From assembly GCA_964019335.1 (NCBI GenBank), contig OZ025752.1:186001-250000 (forward strand): a DNA stretch of 64,000 bases, in the 5' to 3' direction. The notes beneath the pieces were generated by a model. It saw only the letters and a list, made by a program, of their open reading frames with translations, had not been told where the DNA came from and searched no databases. Shown one piece after another: positions 57,587 through 64,000 of the stretch. This DNA is from Diplonema japonicum (Eukaryota; Protista; Euglenozoa: Diplonemea). The position numbers were made by a program, and so were the translations under genes. How positions within the stretch are numbered: the first letter of the stretch is position 1; every line of letters starts with the position of its first letter.

Positions 57587-58195
57587 ATGAAGGTCGTCGC
57601 CAGGATTCCTGCGGACCCGAAAGGCCTGCGTGTGCTTGAAGACTGCGGGAGTGTAGACAAGGTGGCAGAGAAGCTGCAAGAGCTTGACATACTTGCGGGG
57701 AAAGAGGTGAGGATAGTAAGGAGGGGAGGGAGAGAGGGGCCCATGGGGGACGGGGAGGTTGTTTACGTAAAAACGCTTCAGAAAAAGAAACTTCCCGAGG
57801 CGGCGAAGCCAGGGCAAAGAGGTGGGGGGCTGATGGAGCAGCTGCAGCTGCTGAGCAACCTGAACCTAAATGCAGGGGGCGTGGGGAACAGTGCCCCTGC
57901 ACGGCCTGCCCACTCCGCGCCAGATATCCTAGACACCGACGAGCGTTTCATCTTCCTAAAGGACATGATGTGTGGTGAGGTGTCAGATGCCGTCCTTCGC
58001 AAGGCCCTTTACAACAGTTCTTTAGACACAGAGCAGGCTGCAGAGTGGCTGGTCCTTCACATGGAGGATGACGACTTGAACACACCGGTGACAGAGCAGC
58101 AGCTGGCCCAGCTGTTCCCGCCCCCTATCCCGGATCCCACTGAACTGAGCAACCAACTTTCCCTTCACCTCCAGCAGATCCTCGGGTCTGCATAA
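57587..58195 (+). CDS. UBA-domain protein
   Basis: C-terminal LRKALYNSSLDTEQAAEWLVLHMEDDDLNTP. Confidence 0.75.
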   Translation: MKVVARIPADPKGLRVLEDCGSVDKVAEKLQELDILAGKEVRIVRRGGREGPMGDGEVVYVKTLQKKKLPEAAKPGQRGGGLMEQLQLLSNLNLNAGGVGNSAPARPAHSAPDILDTDERFIFLKDMMCGEVSDAVLRKALYNSSLDTEQAAEWLVLHMEDDDLNTPVTEQQLAQLFPPPIPDPTELSNQLSLHLQQILGSA

Positions 58196-58315
58196 GAAAA
58201 GAAAAAGAAGAAAGAAAAAGACTAGCCGTTTTTTTTTTTTTTTTTTTCCCTCTCAATTTCTTCTGACAGAATTTACACAAAAAAAAAAGTGGCCCCCGTG
58301 AAGATCAAGAAGAAG

Positions 58316-58501
58316 ATGCCCCATAAGGGACATGGCAAGACGGAGGCCGAGAACGAGCAGCGCACCATGGACTGCATCGAGAACGGGGACAGCTTGGGGC
58401 TGAGCTGCGACCCCGTGCTGGGAGCGCTGAACACGCACGCGAAGAAAAAGGGAAGCATTGGATACGGGTCCATGGGCACCTTCAGCAGCGTTGGCTTGTA
58501 G
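58316..58501 (+). CDS. Putative 61-aa microprotein
   Basis: GC3-rich ORF between its own pyrimidine-AG site (58269) and the next one (58627). Confidence 0.45.
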   Translation: MPHKGHGKTEAENEQRTMDCIENGDSLGLSCDPVLGALNTHAKKKGSIGYGSMGTFSSVGL

Positions 58502-58702
58502 AAAAGAAAACCCATTTACACGGAAGACAGTGTGACAACCCGAAAAGAACAAGAGGGTGGTGAGGGGGAGAGGAGCAAGATTTCTATTTACTCCACGCTC
58601 ATGGCACTTTTTTTCTCCCCCTTCCAGAATCACACAGGTTGACAAGGGCCGCAAAAAAAGAAAAAAAGTAAAAATGCGAAACTGAATTGCCATTAAAAAG
58701 AA

Positions 58703-61096
58703 ATGACAATTCTACCACCTGTGAACGGGCCCGCCTCGCACAAGAAGGCCAGCATCGTCGCGAGGAAGAGTCTGGTGGACTCGAGGAAACTGTCAAGCCG
58801 CAGTTTAAAAACGTCCCCACGACCCGAGGGGGGTGATGAGACTGTGAAGGTGAATATAAGCACAACACCAAGAGGGTCACGGAAGGGGAGCAGAAGCGGC
58901 AAAGGGTCAATGGTCGTAGAGATCGAGGCAGGGAGACGATCGAAATCCATCGTGTCCCTCCCACAGGGAATGGAGTACGCACTTAAGGTCTGTTCAGAGA
59001 CAGGGTACGGAAAGGTACTGGAGCTGTCTACTGAGGAAAATGTCAGACTACAGCTTTCAATGCAAGATCTGAAGACGCTATTTGAAGCACGGTGCAAGGA
59101 CCAGCCCGTTCAGCCTCTTCCCCACACTGTCAAGGAACGGGAGCTGCGGTTCATCAACCATGTCACCAAATCCTGCAACAACATGCACTTTTCCCTCCGC
59201 GAGGCGCTACTTGGCCCCGCCTCTGCCAGCACCATCAGTAAGATACTCTCTAACACCACCAACTTCGCTGTGCTGGACCTATCGGCCAACAACCTTAAGG
59301 ACGATGGTGTCGCGAACATATCAGAGCTTCTTGTGAAGGACGAGAACATCGTGAAGATCACGTTGCAGTCCGTAGGCCTGACAAGCAGGGGCTCTGACGT
59401 GCTGTGCCACGCGTTGATGCACAACAAGACGGTCACAGACCTCGACATCAGCATGGCCATCACACAGGCGAGGAACCACATCGGGCCCAAAGGCGGTGCT
59501 TCGCTCAAACATGTCCTGGCGTGTCCTGGCTCTGTACTGTGCTGTCTGAACATCGCGTCCACTGGGCTGTGCGACCATGGTGTTATGTCCCTCTCTGAAG
59601 GCCTCAGAGGCAACAATGCCCTTACTAGTCTGAACCTCTCGGACAATGATATCACTTCGGTGGGGAGCGAAGCGCTCGCAGCGGTCTTACCTGCCACTCA
59701 GATCGAGCACCTTGAAGTCGATAGGAACAAACTTGCCGTTCGAGGCCTTGGGTTCATCCTGGGAGCAATGGGGAAGGACCCCCATCAAGTCAAGATAGCA
59801 ACCCTCACAGCAGCTTTCAACCAGATTGGTGCGGTGCACAGCGGGAAGAGCGCCGCACAGCACGCCACCAAGAAGCTCGGCAAGCTGCATTTTATGCTGG
59901 AAAACAGCACGAAGCTTACAAATCTGAAACTGGACGGCAATGACATGTCCGGGCTCTACGACGTCACCAGCGAAGCGCTGGCTGCAAGCAAATCGATTCT
60001 CGTTTTGTCTCTTGATAAATGCAGCCTGCAAGCCTCCGACGGTGTCGCACTCTCCCTTGGGTTCTCCTCTTCGTTGACGAGGCTATGCGTGTCCCACAAC
60101 GAGCTACTGGACGAGGGTACCGTCGCGATTCTCGTCGCACTACAGCGCAACAAGACACTGAGAACGTTTGAAGCAGACGACAACAGGCTCACCTCGGAGG
60201 TGGTAACAGGCCTGGCGAAGGTGCTCACGGCGAACACCACGCTGACCAACGTTTCTTTGAAGCAGAACAACATCAAATCGTGGGCGGGGTGCTTGAAGGC
60301 TCTTGATGGGAACACCGCGCTCACCTTTCTGGGCGCAGAAGGGAATCCCATTGCACTGAACGAGCTCAACACAATACGAGAAGTGATAGAAAGGAACGAA
60401 GCGGCAATGAGCAAGACGGCGGTACCGAAGCTGATGGAAAAGATCGCAGTGCTGCAACAGGACGAAGCGGACCTCTACGACACGAAACAAGAAATCACTA
60501 TAGAACAGACAAGAATAGCAAAGGAGGAACAACTCCTAGCCGACAGAAAGATGGGGCTTGAGGCAGGACTTGCAAACATCGCCGATGACGCGAGCAAGGT
60601 AGAAGAGGAGTACACAGAAGTACACGGACAGCTCATCGCCGCTTCACTACAAAGCAAGGCACTAGTGGTCTCTTGCGGTACACAACTAGAAGCTCTTGAT
60701 GTGCAGCTTGCTATGGAAACACGGCAGATGAACCTACAATCTCTGCGTGAAACAGACGTGCAGAAAGCCCTTATAACCGAGATAGACAGTCTTGAACAGG
60801 CAATTGCTAGTAAAAAGGATATCCCCGAGGCTGAGCCGCTTCTGCACGAGCTTCAGGTGGCCGCAACTGTTCGTCTTGAAGCAGAAAATGAAGCTAGGCG
60901 GCTGGCGGAAGAGATATCCGCCTTGGAGCTGCAGTTGATTGTGAACGAGGGTGAAATGGAGAAAGAGAAGGAGAAGAAGAAAAGAAAGTCGACCGTTGGA
61001 GAGAACTTGAAGCAGAATTCCTCTCGGAAGCCGAGCACTGTCTCGTCTGTGCACAGCTTCAACAAGAGACGGTCCGTGTCGAATATAAAGAAGTGA
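58703..61096 (+). CDS. RNI-like leucine-rich repeat protein with C-terminal coiled coil
   Basis: Repeated LxxLNLSDNxIxxxG units and a helical tail. Confidence 0.88.
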   Translation: MTILPPVNGPASHKKASIVARKSLVDSRKLSSRSLKTSPRPEGGDETVKVNISTTPRGSRKGSRSGKGSMVVEIEAGRRSKSIVSLPQGMEYALKVCSETGYGKVLELSTEENVRLQLSMQDLKTLFEARCKDQPVQPLPHTVKERELRFINHVTKSCNNMHFSLREALLGPASASTISKILSNTTNFAVLDLSANNLKDDGVANISELLVKDENIVKITLQSVGLTSRGSDVLCHALMHNKTVTDLDISMAITQARNHIGPKGGASLKHVLACPGSVLCCLNIASTGLCDHGVMSLSEGLRGNNALTSLNLSDNDITSVGSEALAAVLPATQIEHLEVDRNKLAVRGLGFILGAMGKDPHQVKIATLTAAFNQIGAVHSGKSAAQHATKKLGKLHFMLENSTKLTNLKLDGNDMSGLYDVTSEALAASKSILVLSLDKCSLQASDGVALSLGFSSSLTRLCVSHNELLDEGTVAILVALQRNKTLRTFEADDNRLTSEVVTGLAKVLTANTTLTNVSLKQNNIKSWAGCLKALDGNTALTFLGAEGNPIALNELNTIREVIERNEAAMSKTAVPKLMEKIAVLQQDEADLYDTKQEITIEQTRIAKEEQLLADRKMGLEAGLANIADDASKVEEEYTEVHGQLIAASLQSKALVVSCGTQLEALDVQLAMETRQMNLQSLRETDVQKALITEIDSLEQAIASKKDIPEAEPLLHELQVAATVRLEAENEARRLAEEISALELQLIVNEGEMEKEKEKKKRKSTVGENLKQNSSRKPSTVSSVHSFNKRRSVSNIKK

Positions 61097-61542
61097 GGGT
61101 TTTACAACCTTTTTTTCGCTGGAAAAAAAAAAGTTTTTTTTTTGTGTACACTTCCCACTCCTCGCTTGTTTTTCTTCTTCTTTTTTTTGCTATACTTTTC
61201 ATTATTTTTTTTGTGTTTTCTTCTTCTTCTTTTTTATAGGCGATCCTGTCACATACTGCAGGTTCCCTTCAAAGACACCTTTTTTTTGGTTGCAAGATAT
61301 AGGGGGGGGAAATAAAAACCGGGTTTTCCAAGAAAAAGAAGAAACTGCCCACTATTCGCCTTGTTCTACTTGCAGTTGAGCTGCTGCTAGTTGTTGGTGT
61401 ACCCTCTTGGTATACTCCCTGTTTGTTGTTGTTGCATTGCTTGCGAAAAGAAAAAAGAACAAAAAAAAAAAAACCGGGTTTATAATTTGACCAACACCGT
61501 GTAACACAGTTGTCCCCCCCCCCCCCCCTCCCCACCGGTAAC

Positions 61543-62876
61543 ATGGCGGAGAGTCAGCCCTTAGAAAAGGGCACGATAGTAGCCAGCAGGAGCGATCCTG
61601 ACGCGGCTATTGGCTATGTATGGCAAAAAAAAAAAAAAAAAAAAAAAAAAAAGGTGACAAATCTGCTAGAAGGCGACAACGTGGAGCTAGTATTGTACAA
61701 GGGAGGGATGCTAGTGGAGTATGTTTGGTGCACCCACCCCCCACCACCACCCCCTCACAGATGTCCTGCAGACGACGTAACGCCTTCCCCACAGTGGTAC
61801 ATCGCAAATCAATGGAAACTTTCAAAGTATGTTGTTCCACGCAAAAAAAAAAAAAAAAAGAAAAAAAAAAGAAAAAAAAAAAAAATACCCCACACAGGGA
61901 CAAGGCGTGCAACGTACGAGTGCAGCCTACCATGGATTCAGAAAAGATAGGGACCCGCATCGACGATGATAAAGAGGTCATCACGCACGAGATAAGCGGC
62001 TTCCTCCGGATACAGAACATAGGCTGGGTGAGGAAGGAAGGAAACTTCACAGGAACATGGGAACGATGCAAGCCTGCCGGGGAATCTGAAAGCCGCAGCA
62101 GCACCCCACCGCCGATGATAGCGTCGCCCACACCGAGCAACGGCGGCAGCGAGAAATTCGTCAACAAGGGCGAAAGAGAACTCGCAGTCGCGGAAAAAGC
62201 AAGACTCATGAAGAAAGCCTTCCTTGAAGGTGTGTCTGTGGATGAGGCGCTGGAACGCGTTGCGCAACATGTCAACAGCCCAACAAGCGGGTTGCTTAGC
62301 ATGAGCCCTACCACCGACAACACCAAAGCGTCTTCAATAGATCAGTATGAGGGAAATGTATATTCGATACCAAGCAGCCTGAGGACCCCGTCATCAGTCT
62401 CTTCACCAACAGCGTCACCTAACAGCAGAGGAGCGGCTAGAGTGCGCATTACAGAGCCTACCGACCATGTCATAGTGAGTTCTTCTTACTCGTCGCCTGG
62501 GCCTACACCTGGGTGGGTGTCCGCTAGTTATGTGACTCATACACCAAAGCGGAGTGGATCGAAGGGGAAGAGTAAGAAGCCGGGGCCTGTGCTTCCTCCT
62601 CCGCCGCCGCCGCCTTCTCCTAAATTTCCGCTTGACCCGCTTTTGCAGGAATGGCTTGTTCAGTACAATCTCACGCCTTACAACCACATCTTCTCGCAGC
62701 ATGAAGTGGACATCGTGGTGTTGCCGACGCTCACCTACGCCGACTTCGTCGAAATGCGGCTCCCGCCCAACGTGTGCCGTGCTGTGTTGCACGCGGTGAG
62801 GCACCCCGATGACAAACCGCTCCTTGAAAGGCCCAGGCAGAGATCCCCGTCCAGAAAGGGCCGTTCTTCTCGTTGA
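61543..62876 (+). CDS. SAM-domain protein with SH3-like N-terminal region; 4 exons, ~394 aa
   Basis: Introns 61618-61653, 61719-61760 and 61827-61897 give one frame (1,185 nt). NVRVQPTMDSEKIG..GWV motif and SAM-like LQEWLVQYNLTPYNHIFSQHEVD. Confidence 0.75.
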
Positions 62877-63675
62877 TTTTTTTTTTTTTTTTTTTTTTTT
62901 TGGCGCCACTGAAGAAGAAGGAACTTCCGATTTTTTATTTATTTATTTATTTATTTTTTTATGTCACACAAAAAGAAATTCTTTTTTTTTTTTTTTTGTT
63001 TCGGTGATTCGGGGATAAAAAAAAAGGGAGGAGGGGAGGGGGGGGGGGGCATATTGGCCAGCAAATTGGGGGGTGGTGTGGGCATTTTTTCCCTTCTCAT
63101 TTCTTTCTTTTTTTTTTTTTTGAAAAAAAACAGTTTTTTTCAAAATTCAACAAGCCATCTTTTTGTTTTTGTTTTTTTCTCTTTTTTTTTAATTAACCCA
63201 TGAAAGGCTGCAAAAGCTGCTGCTTCTGGTCAAACAAAAAATTGGTGGGAAAGAAAGAACGAAAGAAAGAAAGAAGAAAATTGGACCTTAGTGCATTCAA
63301 AGTTCGCGCAGGGTGGACTGGTTGCTTTTTCTTATTCCTTTTCCCTTTTTCTCTTTTTTTTTTATACATGCCGCAGATGTGCGACATCGCTTCCTTTATG
63401 GGTGAAAACAAAAAAAGAAAGGTGGCTTTACCTCGAGAGAATATTGACACAATTAATTCTGGGGAAAGAGAGAGAGAGGGGGAAAGAGGAAGATGGCATA
63501 GCGGACAGGACAACAAAAAAAAAAGAAAATTGAAGTGGATGACATTATTCGAATTAAGAAGAAGAATACAAAAAAAAAGGGGGGCGAGATAACCCCTTCT
63601 CCCCCCCCCCCCCTCCCTGCCCCCTCCGGAAAAAAAAATTCATGTACCCCTTTCGCCCCCATCCATTTTTTTTTT

Positions 63676-63712
<37 letters not shown>

Positions 63713-63785
63713 ATGGCAAAAAAAAAAAAATAATAATCAGGGCGTGGAATATATGTTCAGGGCGGGAGCTTGTGTGGCAAAAAAA

Positions 63786-64000
63786 ATGGGAGCTGGTGAT
63801 CTTCTCTCCATCGCGCGCAATTATATCAACAAACGTCTAGAGGGCGATGTGGATGGGTGCGTAGCCCTCATGGACAGCAGTGTGACAATGGACAGCTCTC
63901 ACGGTTGTGATGCAGGTGTCCCCGCCAAGGGAAAAGGAGCTGCTGAGGAAAGGCTGCGAAAGCACCCTCCCCCACGCCTGCCCATCGTATGGGCAGACCA
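63786..64000 (+). CDS. NTF2/SnoaL-like protein, partial (runs off window)
   Basis: MGAGDLLSIARNYINKRLEGDVDGCVALMDSSVTM, open to the window end. Confidence 0.6.
   Translation, partial: MGAGDLLSIARNYINKRLEGDVDGCVALMDSSVTMDSSHGCDAGVPAKGKGAAEERLRKHPPPRLPIVWAD

Noticed and set aside
62877-63785. Poly-Lys and poly-Phe ORFs here and in other spacers
   Set aside because: Translations of intergenic homopolymers.

Overview
Eukaryotic, protist-like DNA with no prokaryotic features and no CRISPR array. About 25 protein-coding loci all lie on the + strand, separated by poly(T)/poly(A)-rich spacers. This looks like a euglenozoan (diplomenid/diplonemid-like) unidirectional gene cluster, though the taxon is inferred. 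Several genes are split by 31-86 nt GT-AG introns, mostly GTATG...CAG and A/C-rich with no pyrimidine tract, so the ORF track fragments them. The centre holds two tandem copies (offset 13,108 bp) of a 10-exon gene for a ~3,236-aa cysteine-rich, secreted, probably GPI-anchored protein built from an unrecognised repeated Cys module. The two gene bodies look identical while the flanks have diverged. Recognisable genes include NXF1/Mex67, SAE1/AOS1, a thioredoxin-UBX (UBXN4-like) fusion, a GT-A glycosyltransferase, a degenerate TTL-like protein, and IQ-repeat, LRR, UBA, SAM and DUF4116 proteins. There is also an ART-ankyrin pseudogene and several small mobile-element relics. The best leads are the single outsized, structured intron in NXF1/Mex67 (candidate autoregulatory element), the giant modular surface protein, the A-rich micro-intron grammar, and a 2.3-kb TIR element carrying tRNA-like Pol III units and an LTR-retroelement fragment. 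All alignments, splice calls and folds were done by eye.
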